Below are positions 24,874 through 39,182 of a stretch of 64,000 bases of DNA, one piece after another (position 1 is the first letter of the stretch; each line of letters opens with the position of its first letter). This DNA comes from Octopus sinensis (Eukaryota): NCBI RefSeq assembly GCF_006345805.1, contig NC_043016.1, positions 32,426,001-32,490,000 on the forward strand. Reading direction: 5' to 3'. A program made the translations under genes and the position numbers. Under the pieces are notes generated by a model. That model was not told the origin of the DNA. It did not search any database and saw only the letters and a list, made by a program, of their open reading frames with translations.

Positions 24874-26870
24874 CTATATATATATATACATATATACGAC
24901 AGGCTTCTTTCAGTTTCCGTCTACCAAATCCACTCACAAGCATGGTCAGCCCGGGGCTATAGCAGAAGACACTTGCCAAGATGCCACGCAGTGGGACTGA
25001 ACCCGGAACCATGTGGTGATAAGCAAACTACTTACCACACAGCCACTCCTGCTTTTTCACTTGTTTCAGTCATTTCATGTGGCTATGCTGGAGCACTGCC
25101 TTAAAGGTTTATAGTTGAAGAAATCGACTCCAGGACTTGTTCTTTGTGAGCCTAGTACTTATTCAATTGGTCTCTTTTGCAAAACTACTAAGTTAGGGGG
25201 CATAAACACACCAACATCTGTTGTCAAGTGATGGTGGTGGGAAGAACAAACACAGACACACACACAAGTACGTGTGTGTGTGTGTGTGTATGTGTGTGTG
25301 CGTGCATGCGTGTGTATTTATATTTATATATTATATACATATTATAGTGAAGTAGGCTGGTTTATGGGGTTTTATATATATATATATATATTATATATAT
25401 TATATATATATTATATATGTTTACATACATACATATAAATATATATTTATATATATTTCAACAAAACAAATCAAAAATATGAACATCAATGGAATTTGTA
25501 TCTTTGTGGTACCAGTGCCGGTGGCACATAAAAAAACCATCCGAACATGGCCGTAGCCAGTACCGCATCGACTGGCCTCCGTGCTGTGGGCCGTAACAAA
25601 CACCATCCGATCGTGGCCGTTCACCAGCCTCGTCTGGCACCTGTGTCGGTGGCACATAAAAAACACCATCTGAGCGTGGCCGTCTGCTAGCCTCGTCTGG
25701 CACCTGTGTCGGTGGCACATAAAATCACCCACTACACTCTCGGAGTGGTTGGCGTTAGGAAGGGCATCCAGCTGTAGAAACACTGCAGATCGGACTGGCT
25801 GGTGCAGCCTTTGGGCTCCCCAGGACCCCAGTTGAACGGTCCAACCCATGCTAGCATGGAAAGCGGACGTTAAACGACGATGATGATGATGATGATTGTG
25901 ATACTTATAGCAGAAACATCCAATGTCTTTCATAAGATAATTGTTTATTTCTTTATCATCTTTCTTTTATACACACACGTATGCGCACACACACACGTAT
26001 AGATGGGCTTCTTTCAGTTTTCCTTAACCAGATCACACTCACAAAGCTTTGATTGGCTTAGGAATAACACTAGCAAAAGGTACTTCTCCAAGTTACCATA
26101 CAATGGGACTGAACCTTGAACCATGTGGTTGGGAAGCAAACTTCTTGACCACAAAGCATGCACCTCTCTTAACACTTGTAATATTATGTTTTCAAAATAA
26201 AGTAGAGAACTGGCATAACTGTTAGCACACTAGGTAAAAATGCTTAGCAGCATTTTGTCCATCTTTACATTTCAGAGTTCAAATTCCACCAAGGTTGACT
26301 TTGTCTTTCATCCTTTTGTCATCATCATCATCATCATCATCGTTTAATGTCCGTTTTCCATGCTGGCATGGGTTGGACTGTTTGGCTGAGGTCTGGAGTG
26401 CCAGCAGCTGCATCAGGCTCCAGTCTGATCTGGCAACAAATAAATATTCTAACCATCCACACCTTAAGGGTGTCAAAGAGGGCACCAGATCATCTGAAGG
26501 ACGTCACACAATGGTTTGCCCTCAAGTTTGACACCTCTAGCATTTTCCTTTCCCAAGGGACTCACAAGGGGTCAGTAAAATAAGTACCAGCTTATTACTG
26601 GGGTTAGTATAATCAACTTACTCCAACCCCTGAAATTACATGCCTTGTGCCAAAATAAAAAGAAACAAATACTCTTTTACTTGTTTCAGTTATTTGACTG
26701 CAGCCATGATGGAGCACCGCCTTTAGTCGAGCAAATCGACCCCAGGACTTATTCTTTGTAAGCCTAGTACTCTTCTATCTATCAGTCATCTTTTGCCGAA
26801 GTACAGGGGACTAAACACATCATCATCGGTTGCAAACGATGTTGAGGACTAACACACCACAGACACACAA

Positions 26871-26921
<51 letters not shown>

Positions 26922-28323
26922 AGATATATATATTATATAATATTAATATACACATATATATAATATATATATATATATTATATATACACATACATATATA
27001 CGATGGGTTCTTTCATTTCCGTCTACCAAATCCACTAACAAGGCTTTGGTCAGCCTGAGGCTATAGAAGAAGACACTTGCCCCAAGGTGCCACGCATGGA
27101 CTGAACCCGGAACCGTGTGATTGGTAAGCAAGTTACTTACCACAGAGCCACTCCTGTGCCTGTATTAAATTTTAAAATAAAGGTTTTAAATTTCCTTATT
27201 TAATACCTTTAATGTACCATAAAAATACCCTATTCTTTGAGTTTCATTTCAGGCTGGGTTTTTTTTTTTACCAAACTTATTTATTTTCTAATATTTATAT
27301 TTTTATCTTTAATGTTTAACTTTAATCTCTTGCCTTTTGCTTCAAGTGCCAAGTGCTACTAACTTCCACCCTTGTAATCCCTTAAACGCATTTGTGAAAT
27401 ACGATATATATTTTTGTCTCTAAGCAGACATGTTAATCTTATAGTATATAGTTATTAACACACCAAGTCTATATTTACCTTTTAATTTCACTTTTAATTA
27501 AGCAAAAAAATTTATTACCACTACTGGAATCCCTTCTACTTTTGCATGTTAATTAACTAAACAATATTAAAACTCTAACAGCAATCCTGTGAATGTATAT
27601 CCATTTGACGGCATGGCTGTGTATTAAAAAGTTTGCTTCTCTACCACATGGTTCTGGGTTCAGTTTCACCATGTGGCACCTTAGGTAAGTGTCTTTTGTT
27701 ATAGCCTTGAGCTGACCAAAGCCTTGTGAATGGATTTAGTACACAGCAACTGAAAGAAGCCCATCGTATCATCATAATCATCATCTTCATCCTCTTCGTC
27801 ACCACCACCACCAACACCACCACCACCAACACCACCACCACCAACACCACCACCACCACCACCACCATCATCCTCATCATCATCATTTAACATCTGTTGT
27901 CTATGTTGGCATGGGTTGGATGGTTTGACCAGGGCTGGCAAGCTAGATGGCTGCACCAGACTCCAGTCTGATTTGGCATGGTTTTCTATGGCTGGATGCC
28001 CTTCTTAATGCCAACCACTCCAAGAGTGTAATGGGTGGTGTTACATGCCACTGGCACGGATGCCATTTGTGTGACAAGTATCTGTCACGACTGTAATTTT
28101 ACCTGGCTTGATGGGTTCTTCTCAGGAATGACATAATGCCAAAGGTCTCAGTCATTGCCTTTGTGAGGCCCAACACTCGAAAGGAAGTCAGCCACTTTGC
28201 CTCCATGAGGCCCAGTGGCTGAGTTCATTTTGAGCATATATATATATATATATATACACCAACCCATGCTAGCATGGAAAACGGACGCTAAACGATGATG
28301 ATGATGATGATGATGACATGCAT

Positions 28324-28360
<37 letters not shown>

Positions 28361-29606
28361 CATGTAGACGTCTATATGTGTATGTCTTTGTGTCTGTGTT
28401 TGTCCCCTGTCACAGTTTGACAACCAATATTGGTGTGTTTATGTCCTGGTAACTTAGTGGTTTGGCAAACGTGACCGATAGAATAAGTACCAGGCTTAGG
28501 AAAAAAAAATAGTGGTGTCAATTCATACAACTGTAAATTCTTCAAGGCGGTGCCCCATTATGGCCACAGTCTAATGACTGAAACGAGTAAAAGATAAAAG
28601 ATAAAAGACATCAATGTGTTTGTCTTTATATCAGTGTTTATCTCCTCCATCCCACCACCACTGTTTGATAACCAGTGTTGGTATGTTTACATCCATGTGA
28701 CTTAGCAGTTCAGCAAAAGAAACTGATGGAATAAGTATCAGACTTGAGAAAAAAAATACAAATAACTACCAGGATTGATTCATCTGATAAAAAATTCTTC
28801 GAGGCAGTGCCCCAGCATGGCCACAGTCTAATGACTGAAATGATTAGAAAATTTAAGATAACAGATACAAGCACAGAAGTTTTTGTGGTCTTTACGCTTT
28901 CATTTGTTTCAGTCATTTGACTGCGGCCATGCTGGAGCACTGCTTGGAAGGACTTTGGTCAAACTGATCAACTCCAGGATTTATTTCTTAAGTCTGGTAT
29001 ATGTTCTATTGGTCTCTTTGCTGAACTGCTAAGTTACAGGGATGTAAACACACTAACACTGGTTGTCAAGCGGTGGTGAGGGTACAAATACAGACACAAA
29101 GACATACACATACACACAAGCGTGGCTGATGCCAGTGCTGGCTGACTGCCCCCCCCCCGTGCCAGTGGCACGTAAAAAGCATCTGCCACACTCTTGGAGT
29201 GGTTGGCGTTAGAAGAGCATCCAGCTGTAGAAACCCTGCCAAATCAGATTGGAGCCTAGTACAGCCTTCTGGCTTGCCAGTCCTAAGTCAAACCATCCAA
29301 CCCATGCCAGCATGGAAAGCAGACGTTAAACAATGATGATGATGATGGGCTTCTTTCAGTTTCCATCTACCAAATCGACTCACAAGGCTTTGGTCGGCCC
29401 AAGGCTGTAGTAGAAGACACTTGCCCAAGGTGCCACGCAGTGGGACTGAACTCAGCATCATGTGGTCAGGAAACACCCTTCTTTCCAAACAGCCACAAAA
29501 AAGAATATATATATATATATACATAAATATATATATACATACATACATACGCACACACACACACAAACACACATGCACACACTCACACAAACACACACAC
29601 ACACAT

Positions 29607-31230
29607 ACATATATTATAATTCTGAAATGCAAAAAGTTTGTTTGTCTGGTTTTGGCATTGAGAACGGGTTAAAAGCCACTAGATCCCGTCGGATTGACTC
29701 CAAAATTTACAGGGACATGTAAAGTGAGGTGAGGATCTTAAAAGGTGTCCCCATCTTAAAAGGTGTCGTTGCTAGGGCCAAAAACGCACACTTTGACAAG
29801 TCTACTCTCATTCTTTTACGTCTTTCTCCATCTCTCACTCTCTTTCCTCCCTGCCTTTCACCTTCTCTCTATAACATCATTTAACAGCGTCTATTATCTT
29901 TCCCCTGCCACCTTCGCATTCTATTATCTGCCTTTCTTCCGCCATCTCTCTCTCTCTCTCTTTCCTCCCTTCCTTTCACATTCTCTCTATAACGTCGTTT
30001 GATAGCGCCTACTATCTTTCCACCGCCACCTTCGCATGCGCTGTCACTCACTCTCTCTCTCTCTACGTCTGTCTGCATTCATAGAGAGAATTATCATCGC
30101 CACCACCACACAATCATGAGAATCTTTCTCTTAAAACAAATCAACTTTAGGTTTCAAAATATTTCATCTTTTCAGTCCTCTCTTTCATATATCACTTTTT
30201 CATCCTCGATCTCTCTCTTTTCCCCCTTCCCTCCAAATTCTCTCTCTATAACGACGTTTGACAACTCCGCCGTCTCTCTTTCTTCTCCAACACATCGCTC
30301 AATGTATTTCTGTTTGTATCTATAAAGACGAAACGTGACAGCCGCATAAGTTTAAATATTCCCACCACAGGTCTTTCAGAAAAGTGAATTATTATCTCCC
30401 ACCACCACCGCACAATTATAACAGATATTATTTATCAGAAGATATGTTATTATTTTGCGTGGATTAAAGATTTTAAAGAATTTATTTGTATGCTCAAGGT
30501 GACTGTTGTTAACAAAAATTTGTCGGTAAATTTGAAAAATTTTCCAGTTTTGAAATATTTACTTCTTAACTATTTCATTCGTTTTCTCATTGTAAACATC
30601 TTTAGGTTTCAAAATATTTTATTTTCCAGTCCTCTCTTTCATATATCTCCTTGTCTTCCTCGATCTCTCTCTTTTCTCCCTTCCCTCCAATTTCTTTCTA
30701 TAACTATGTTTGACAGCTTTGCCATCTCTCTGTTACTCTTTCTTCCAAAATTTACAGGGACATGTAAAATGAGGTGAGGATGCGAGTGGGCTAGGATAGA
30801 AATCCCTATCTTAAAAGGTGTGGTTACTAGGGTAAAAAATGCACACTTGACAAGTCTTCTCTCTTTCATATATGATCTTTTCTTCCTCCGTGTCTACCTC
30901 TCCTGAGCGAATAAAGAAGGTGGATCAAATATCTCTACAACTTTAAAAACACAACAGTCTTCTTTAGACCTTCACAGAAGCAACTGCATATATTGCTAGC
31001 TGAACCGATACTCCAACATATAGCACCATATGCCTTGTTTTCCAAAATGGCAGAGCGTAAAAAGAAAACAAGCCAAGTTGTTTCGCCATTGGTTTTTCTC
31101 ACAGACTAATATCATATTTTCGATGACGTTGATGATTTCGATGATGTTGACCATTGTTTTATGGATGTTTTTGTGCAAGAATGGACGCCAAAATAAACAG
31201 AAACTGAATTTATTAGAATGAGATCTTCAC

Positions 31231-31273
<43 letters not shown>

Positions 31274-32240
31274 ATTTGTATACATTTGTATATATGTGTA
31301 CACACACACACACACACATATATATGTATATATATATATAACGCGTATATATATACTTATATATATATAATGTGTGCATTATGTGGTCGGTTGAGCTGAA
31401 AATATGCACACCTATGTTAAAAGTGCTGGCGAGTTTGCATGCCAACTATTTTATTCCTCAAATGAAAGGTGTGACCTATCGGACAAAATTCCTCATCTTA
31501 TAAAATGTAGCCCGATTAGACCCGAATGAAATCGGGTTATATCAACCAAAGTGTGAAAAGGGGTCTAAATGGGGCTGGAAGGGGATTAAAATTTACAGGA
31601 GCGGGTGTTTAGGAATTCTATGTTATATCAAGCTAAAAAATTTGCACCAGCCTTTAAATCTTCTATGTGTTGCCGTCCATCATGAAGAAGTTTTGAATGC
31701 TTGCCATGGTAAGTCTACTGTCGTGAGAAAGAATCACTTCAAAACTTGGTATTTAGGAATTTTCTTTTACATCAAGTTCATAATTTTACGCCAGCCGTTA
31801 AACTGCCACTACGTTGCTGTCCATCATTAAGAAATGCCAGCTATGGTGACTCTACTATCTTCAGATTCTATCCCTTCAAACTTTGGTTTCCAATATTTTT
31901 TTTTCCAGCTCGCAAGTTCGTCTGTCCCTTTTAAATGTTAGTGTTTTGCTGTCTGCCTTGAAGCAGACCTTTCCGTTGTCACTGCCTGATATTTATGATT
32001 GATCTTTCAAAATATTTTCTTTTTCAACTTACTCAAGATCTTTTGTTGTTTATAACTGGGAGAGAGATAGATAGATAAAGATAGAGAGTAAGAGAAAGCG
32101 AGGGAGAGTCCAAGAGAAAGGAAGAGTAAGAGAGTGGGAAAGGGAGAGAGAAAGGAGAGAGAACAAAGAGGGGAATGTGGTGATAAAAAACAGAAAGGAA
32201 ACACTCTTAACCGCGCGTAGAGCGGGTCACCTTAAGCTAG
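29607..32240 (+). mobile_element. Composite non-autonomous Helitron-like element (or two adjacent ones) with internal duplications
   Basis: 5' catatattataa...gtttgtttgtctg resembles Helitron-N starts. 3' GC hairpin ccgcgcgtagagcgg (32211-25) followed by CTAG 32237-40 and T. Internal repeats 29701~30746, 30170~30624 and 31609~31751. Confidence 0.6.
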
Positions 32241-32420
32241 TATATATATATATATGTATATATATATAAAATGGGCCTCTTTCACTTTCCATCTATCAAA
32301 TCCACTTCCAAGGCTTTGGTCGGCTCGAGGCTATAGTAGAAGACACTTGCCCAAGGTGCCATGCAGTGGGACTGAATCTGGAAATATGTGGTTGGGAAGC
32401 AAGCTTCTTACCACACAGCC

Positions 32421-32461
<41 letters not shown>

Positions 32462-33027
32462 TACATACATACACACACACACATGTATACATAAAACAAG
32501 CTTCTTTCAGTTCCCTTCTACCAAATCCATCACAAGGCTTTGGTCAGCCTGAGGCTATAGTAGAAGATACTTGCCCAAGGTGCCACAGCCACACACAGTA
32601 GGACTGAACCCAGAACCATGTACTTCTTTCCTCACTGCCACATCTGCACCTACTTTATTTTCACAGTAAAAATTTTCACTTGATTTATTTTAACTGGGTA
32701 ATGACCTTTATCTAATAGACCCATACCAATAATTTAGTATTTTATGCTTTAACCTTTCACATACCATGCTATTTGTTTTGTCTAGTTTCCTTTCCGTTTT
32801 GCTGTCCTTCTTTTTTTAATTTTTTTAATTCTTCCCCCTCTATTCTTTTTGTTTTATTTGTTCTTCATATATCTTATTCCCATTCATATACATCTCAAAC
32901 TATCTTCCTATTATCAACATATTTCCATTTTACAATAATATTTTACACAAATATAATCCTTTTAGCTAACAGTCTATAGAATTAAAATCTGTTGTCTCAG
33001 TAACTTCCTGTTCCTCACACATATATA

Positions 33028-33063
<36 letters not shown>

Positions 33064-33262
33064 TGTATGTATGTATGTATGTATGTATGTATGTATGTAT
33101 GTATGTATGTATGTATGTATGTATGTATGTATGTATGTATGATGTGGTATGTATGTATGTATGTATGTATGTATGTATGTATGTATGTATGTATGTATGT
33201 ATGTATGTATGTATGTATGTATGTATGTACGTACGTACGTACGTATGTATGTATGTATGTAA

Positions 33263-33656
33263 GGCGCAGGAGTGGCTATGTGGTAAGTTGCTTGCTTACC
33301 AACCACATGGTTCCGGGTTCAGTCCCACTGCGTGGCATCTTGGGCAAGTGTCTTCTGCTATAGCCCCGGGCCGACCAATGCCTTGTGAGTGGATTTGGTA
33401 GACGGAAACTGAAAGAAGCCTGTCGTATATATGTATGTATGTGTATGTGTTTGTGTGTCTGTGTTTGTCCCCCCTAGCATTGCTTGGCAACCGATGCTGG
33501 TGTGTTTACGTCCCCGTCACTTAGCGGTTCAGCAAAAAGAGACCGATAGAATAAGTACTGGGCTTACAAAGAATAAGTCCCGGGGGTCGATTTGCTCGAC
33601 TAAAGGCGGTGCTCCAGCATGGCCACAGTCAAATGACTGAAACAAGTAAAAGAGTA
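33263..33656 (+). mobile_element. Full-length young SINE family A: tRNA-like head, central microsatellite, tail ...gactgaaacaagtaaaagagta
   Basis: CpGs retained. More than a dozen other full or partial copies in the window (e.g. 23990-24385, 24640-25050, 26670-27160, 36580-37010, 60530-60930, 63050-63460, all minus). Confidence 0.9.
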
Positions 33657-34657
33657 GGTATGTATTCCTTTATTTGCTTCAGTCATTTAACTGCACCCAT
33701 ACTGCCGCCAGGACTTATTCTTTATAAGCCTTGTCCTTATTCTGTTGGTATCTCTTGCAGAACCACTAAGGTACAGGGATGTAAACACACCAGCATCAGT
33801 TGTCAAGTGATGGTGGAGGTGAAAAACACAGACACACAAACATATGCACACACACACACATGCACACTCACACACACACACACATATACAACAGGCTTCT
33901 TTCAGTTTCTGTCTACCAAATCCACTCACAAGGCTTTGGTTGGCCTGAGGCTATAGTATTGTTTACTTATTTCACTTATTAGACAGTGGCCAGCCTGGAG
34001 CACTGTCTTGAACAAATTTAGTCAAACAAATTACTGTCACTAATAAAACTAAATAAAACATCTTTTATTTTCTACCTTTCACTTGTTTAACTTGTTAGAT
34101 TGTGGCCAGGCTGGGGCACTGCCTTGAAAGGTTTTGATTAAATGAATCGATCCAGTGCTTATTTTTATATTACACCTGGTACTTATTTTATTGGTCCCTT
34201 TTTGCTGAACCACTAAGGTACAGGGATGAAAACAAATGAACTGTAGTTGTCAGGCAGCAGTGCGGGACAAATGCAAAGGCACACACACACACATAACACC
34301 ACACACACACATACACACACATGCGCGTGTATGTGTGTGGTGTGATGTGTGTGTATGAGAGTGCATGGTCCTAGTGGTTAGGGTGTTATACTTCCGTTCG
34401 TTAGATCATGATTTCAATTCATAGACCAGATGATGCTTTTTGTTCTTGAGCAAAACACTTCATCTCACATTGCTCTGCAATCACTTCAACACCTGATGCA
34501 TGGCATACCGTGAACCTTTTCAGACAACATCGATTTAATGGAGCTAATATGCCGCACAAGCATTTGATCATGTTAAACAAATCATTTGTGCAGGTCGTTC
34601 AGGAAAAAGCAGAATGCTAATAGGTTGTTTTTGACAGGAGAGTCCATCATATAAATA

Positions 34658-35923
34658 CAGGGTGCTATGAATAAATTGTTGTCTAAATTAGGCAAAGATG
34701 AAAACAACATTGACATCTCATTTTAACAGATACATTTCCCAAAATTACATAAAAATATCATGAAATTCTAAAGAGTAAATTTATTCAATAAAATCGCCAT
34801 TGGCTTCAACCACAGTCTCCAGATGACTTTGGAATCTCCTGCAACTCTTCTGGATGGTTTCCTTAAGTTGGTGAGTTCTACCATAATCCTTGCCTTCAGT
34901 TCATCTTTAGTGTTACAAGGAGTTTTATTAGTCTCTCACCCAAATGTGCCCCACTCATAATAATCAAGGAGGTTGCAGTCTGGGGAGTTAGTGGCCAGAT
35001 GTTAGGGGTGATGTGGTTGTAGAAATTGTCTGATGGACATGACTGTGTTCTCTTGCTTGTGTGGCATGGTGCAGAGTCCTGTTGCCAGACATAATGTCTT
35101 CCAGCAGCCACCCTCTTGACCCAGAGTAGCACTACCTCCTCCAGGTACTTGATGTAGGCCTTTGGGTTGAGTCTGCAGCTGTGTGGGAAGATGAATAGAG
35201 GTATAACGTTACCATCACTACTGATCACTCCAAACACCATGATGTTTGATTTTTATCACTTTCGGTACATGTATTGTGGACCCAAAAAGCCAATGGTTGT
35301 TTTGTGTGTTCATCATCTGATCCTGACAGAAAATTTTCTTGTCTGAGCAAAACCAAAGCATGTTCGGTTGGAGGGGATACTAGAGTTTGTTCAAAAGCTC
35401 CATAGCGTGGTCTTTCCTCTTGTCCTTGATGGCTTGGGATAAAAATTGGTCCTTTCTCATCTTGTATGAGGAATACCAAATATGTTTATGCACCACCTGC
35501 CTGATAAGAAACTGAGACACTCCCATGTCCCTAGCAATGGACCTGATTGACTTAGAGGGATCATTGTCAATCATGGTCTGGATTTCATCAACAAATTCAG
35601 GATCAGAGTGAGTTTTCTGAGCTGCTGTACTTTTGTAATCACCATTAAACTCATCCTACTCTTTCCAAATCCTCTGCACTGTCCTCAGATTGACACCCAA
35701 ACATTCTAAAATGTTCATATTGGAGCTTCTGGTGCAAATGCCAAGCAGTACAGCATGTCATTTCCAAATTTCTGGCAGAGTGAATTGCATCAAGGTGCTG
35801 TTTTTCTCACAGACAGTGCCCAACCAACCCTACCATACTGTGTAGTAGACAAAATCAAAAACATACAATGTGCATGTGTGAAATTAAAACTATAAAATGG
35901 CAATAATTTACCCATTGCACCAG
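34658..35923 (-). mobile_element. Full-length but decayed maT-type (DD37D) Tc1/mariner transposon
   Basis: WQQDSAPCHTS...IWP[frameshift]NSPDCNLLDY gives 37 residues between the second and third D. HTH region SIRSIARDMGVS. Degenerate TIRs cagggtgctatgaataaattg / caataatttacccattgcaccag in TA context. Confidence 0.9.
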
Positions 35924-35955
<32 letters not shown>

Positions 35956-36537
35956 ATAAGAAGAGATTAAAGACATGACTTTCTTCATTCTTATTTCTAT
36001 TTTTGTTATATATATCTGTTCTATTGATTTAATACGGATGGACATAACATCACAATATGATATTTATACCAATTATATCTACTTGAGTTTTTCATATACC
36101 TAACATTCTTTATGAATATATTAATATATTGTTATATTCTAACTTTACAACTCCAGTATACTCAACTTTACTCCCACTTCTAAGGTCTATACCATGTTTT
36201 ACACTATTTTCTTTTATCAGTTAATGGTTTGCAACCGTTTACTCAACATGCAGAAATTGAATACCTATTTTGCATATCTTAAACTACCTCTGAAGAGATT
36301 CAACTTACAAATAATTAAAAATTTTATTAATTAATTTTATTGATTTTATTAATTTAATCTTGTTTATTAATTACCTCTCCATTTTATTTTATTATAAGTA
36401 AATATATATAAACTGAGGTTTATATATTTATCTTGCAGTTGAGTATTAATGTTCAACATTCTTGATATAGGTAACTTACCAGTGCTTTCATAGGATTTTG
36501 TTATCTCTCAATGAAGTTTGCAACCTTTCATTGTGCT

Positions 36538-36576
<39 letters not shown>

Positions 36577-36799
36577 CTTCTTTTACTCTTTTACTTGTTT
36601 CAGTCATTTGACTATGGCCATGCTGGAACACCGCCTTTAGTCGAGCAAATCAACCCCAGGGCTTATACTTTGTAAGCCTAGTACTTATTCTATCAGTCTC
36701 TTTTGCCGAACCGCTAAGTTACGGGGAGGTAAACACACCAGCATCGGTTGCCAAGTGATGTTGGAGGTGGGTGGGGCAAGCACAGACACACAAACATAT

Positions 36800-36847
<48 letters not shown>

Positions 36848-37059
36848 CCAACGGGCTTCTTTCAGTTTCTGTCTACCAAATCCACTCACAAGGCTTTGGT
36901 TGGCCCAAGGCTATAGTAGAAGACACTTGCCCAAGGTGCCACGCAGTGGGACTGAACTCAGAACTATGTGGTTCGTAAGCAAGCTACTTACCACACAGCC
37001 ACTCCTGCGCCTATATATAATATTATTATTAATAATAATAATAATAATAACAATAACAA

Positions 37060-39182
37060 TAATAAATGGCAAGTTTGTGTGTTGGTGAATTTGTTACTTT
37101 AACTCCACCAAGACCAACCAACAAACCTTGATGAAACTTGACACATGTGTGAGGCTTGTGTCCATGCAGTCACTTACGCACTTAGAATTTTTTAAAAATC
37201 GATTTTTAATCAGCATCGATTTTTCAAAAATTGTAAAATTTCAACATTTTTTACACTAGCCAACATGACATCAATTTGACAAAAAAAATGTTTCATGGGT
37301 ATAAACAGACAGCTTCATCATCATCATCATCATTTAGCGTCCGTTCTCCATGCTAGCATGGGTTGGACGGTTCAACTGGGGTCTGTGAAGCTGGAAGGCT
37401 CCAGATCTGGCAGTGTTTCTACGGCTGGATGCCCTTCCTAACGCCAACCACTCCGTGAGTGTAGTGGGTGCTTTTTACGTGCCACCTGCACAGGTGCCAG
37501 ACAGAGCTGGCAAACGGCCACGAACGGATGGTGCTTTTACGTGTCACCGGCACGGGGCCAGGCGAGGCTGGCAACGGACACGAACGGATGGTGCTTTTAC
37601 GTGCCACCAACACGGGGGGCCAGACAGAGCTGGCAAACGGCCACGAAACGGATGGTGCTTTTACGTGTCACCGGCACGGGGGCCAGGCGAGGCTGGCAAC
37701 GGGCACGAATGGATGGTGCTTTTACATGCCACCGACATGGGGGCCAGACAGGGCTGGCAAATGGCCACGAATGGATGGTGCTTTTACGTGTCACCCACCG
37801 CACGGGGGCCAGGCGAGGCTGGCAACGGACACGAACGGATGGTGCTTTTACGTGTCACCGGCACGGGGGCCAGACAGAGCTGGCAAACGGCCCAAACGAA
37901 CGGTTGTACTTTTACGTGTCACCACGGCACGGGGGCCAGGCCAGGCTGGCAACGAACACGAACGGATGGTGCTTTTACGTGCCACCTACACGGGGGCCAG
38001 ACAGGGCTGGCGAACGGCTACGAATGGATGGTACTTTTACGTGTCACCTGCACGGGGGCCCTGATGTTGATCAACCTCAATTTGGTTTGATCTTGATTTT
38101 GACTGTTCTCACTCACTGGTCTTGCCGGTTTTCTCACGCACAGCATACCTCCAAAGGTCTCGGTCACTGGTCATTTCCTTGGTGAGACCTAAAGTTCGAA
38201 GGTCGTGCTTCACCGCCTCGACCCAGGTTTTCCTGGGTCTACCTCTTCCACAGGTCCCCTCAACTGCCAGGGTGTGGCACTTTCGCACACAACTATCTTC
38301 AGCCATTCTCATCACATGACCATACCAGCGCATACGTCTCTCTTGCACACAACAACTGATACTTCTTAGGTTCAACTTTTCTCTCAAGGTACTTACACTC
38401 TGTCGATTATGAACACTGACGACGTTACACATCCATCGGAACATACTAGCTTCATTTCTTGCGAGCTTACGCAAATCCTCAGCAGTCACAGCCCAATTTC
38501 ACTACCATGTAGCATGGCTGTACGTACACATGCATCATACAGTCTGCCTTTTACTTTGAGCGAGAGGCCTTTTGTCACCAGCAGAGGTAAGAGCTCTCTA
38601 AACTTTGCCCAGGCTATTCTTACTCTAGCAGTTATACTCTCAGCGCACCCGCCCCCGCTACTGACTTGGTCACCTAGGTAACGGAAACTATCAACTACTT
38701 CTAGCTTTTCTCCCTGGAAAGTGACGGAAGTTGGTCTCAGAGCATCTTCAGTGTTAATTGTTCCTGAGCATCTGCCACATACAATAACAGTAATCTATTT
38801 AGCATTTGCTAATATTTCATTTCAATGCGAATTATTTTGATTTGCTAAAACTTATTATTTCAATTCATTGTTTTAATTCCCCATCATTTCAGGTTTTGAT
38901 TAGGCAAGACCATTTTATTTCTCAAGTAAAATTTAGGCATTTTGTGCACTAGCCATCGTGACATCAATTTGATGAAATCTGCCCCAAAGTATAAAACTTC
39001 ACCATTTTATGCACATGCACAAAAATGACAACATGGGTTCGCTACCAGACTGATCAAATTGGTCCAACCCATTAAGACAGATTTTAATTATTTGAAAAAT
39101 GCCGAAATTTAATGTAAGATGTTTCATGGCTATAAATAGACATCTTATTAATGGTAATTTTTTTACCAGGTACCACAGCTAG
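37060..39182 (+). mobile_element. Non-autonomous Helitron-like element interrupted by an RTE insertion
   Basis: 5' aagtttgtgtg...aactcc...ttgatgaaacttgacaca is Helitron-N-like. 3' ccacagCTAG 39179-82 with a decayed hairpin. Duplicated blocks at 37257/38949 and 37289/39118. Confidence 0.5.
37315..38745 (-). mobile_element. 5'-truncated RTE-clade LINE with (GAT)n tail and 3' UTR tandem repeats
   Basis: ORF 38109..38489: RMRWYGHVMRM...TCGRGRPRKTW. About 52-bp units ggatggtgcttttacgtgtcaccggcacggggg at 37470-38060. Confidence 0.92.

Noticed and set aside
36220-36310. Minus-strand aaacggttgcaaaccatta and plus-strand ctacctctgaagagatt as hammerhead parts
   Set aside because: The pieces are suggestive of a decayed pLTR, but neither strand gives a complete core.
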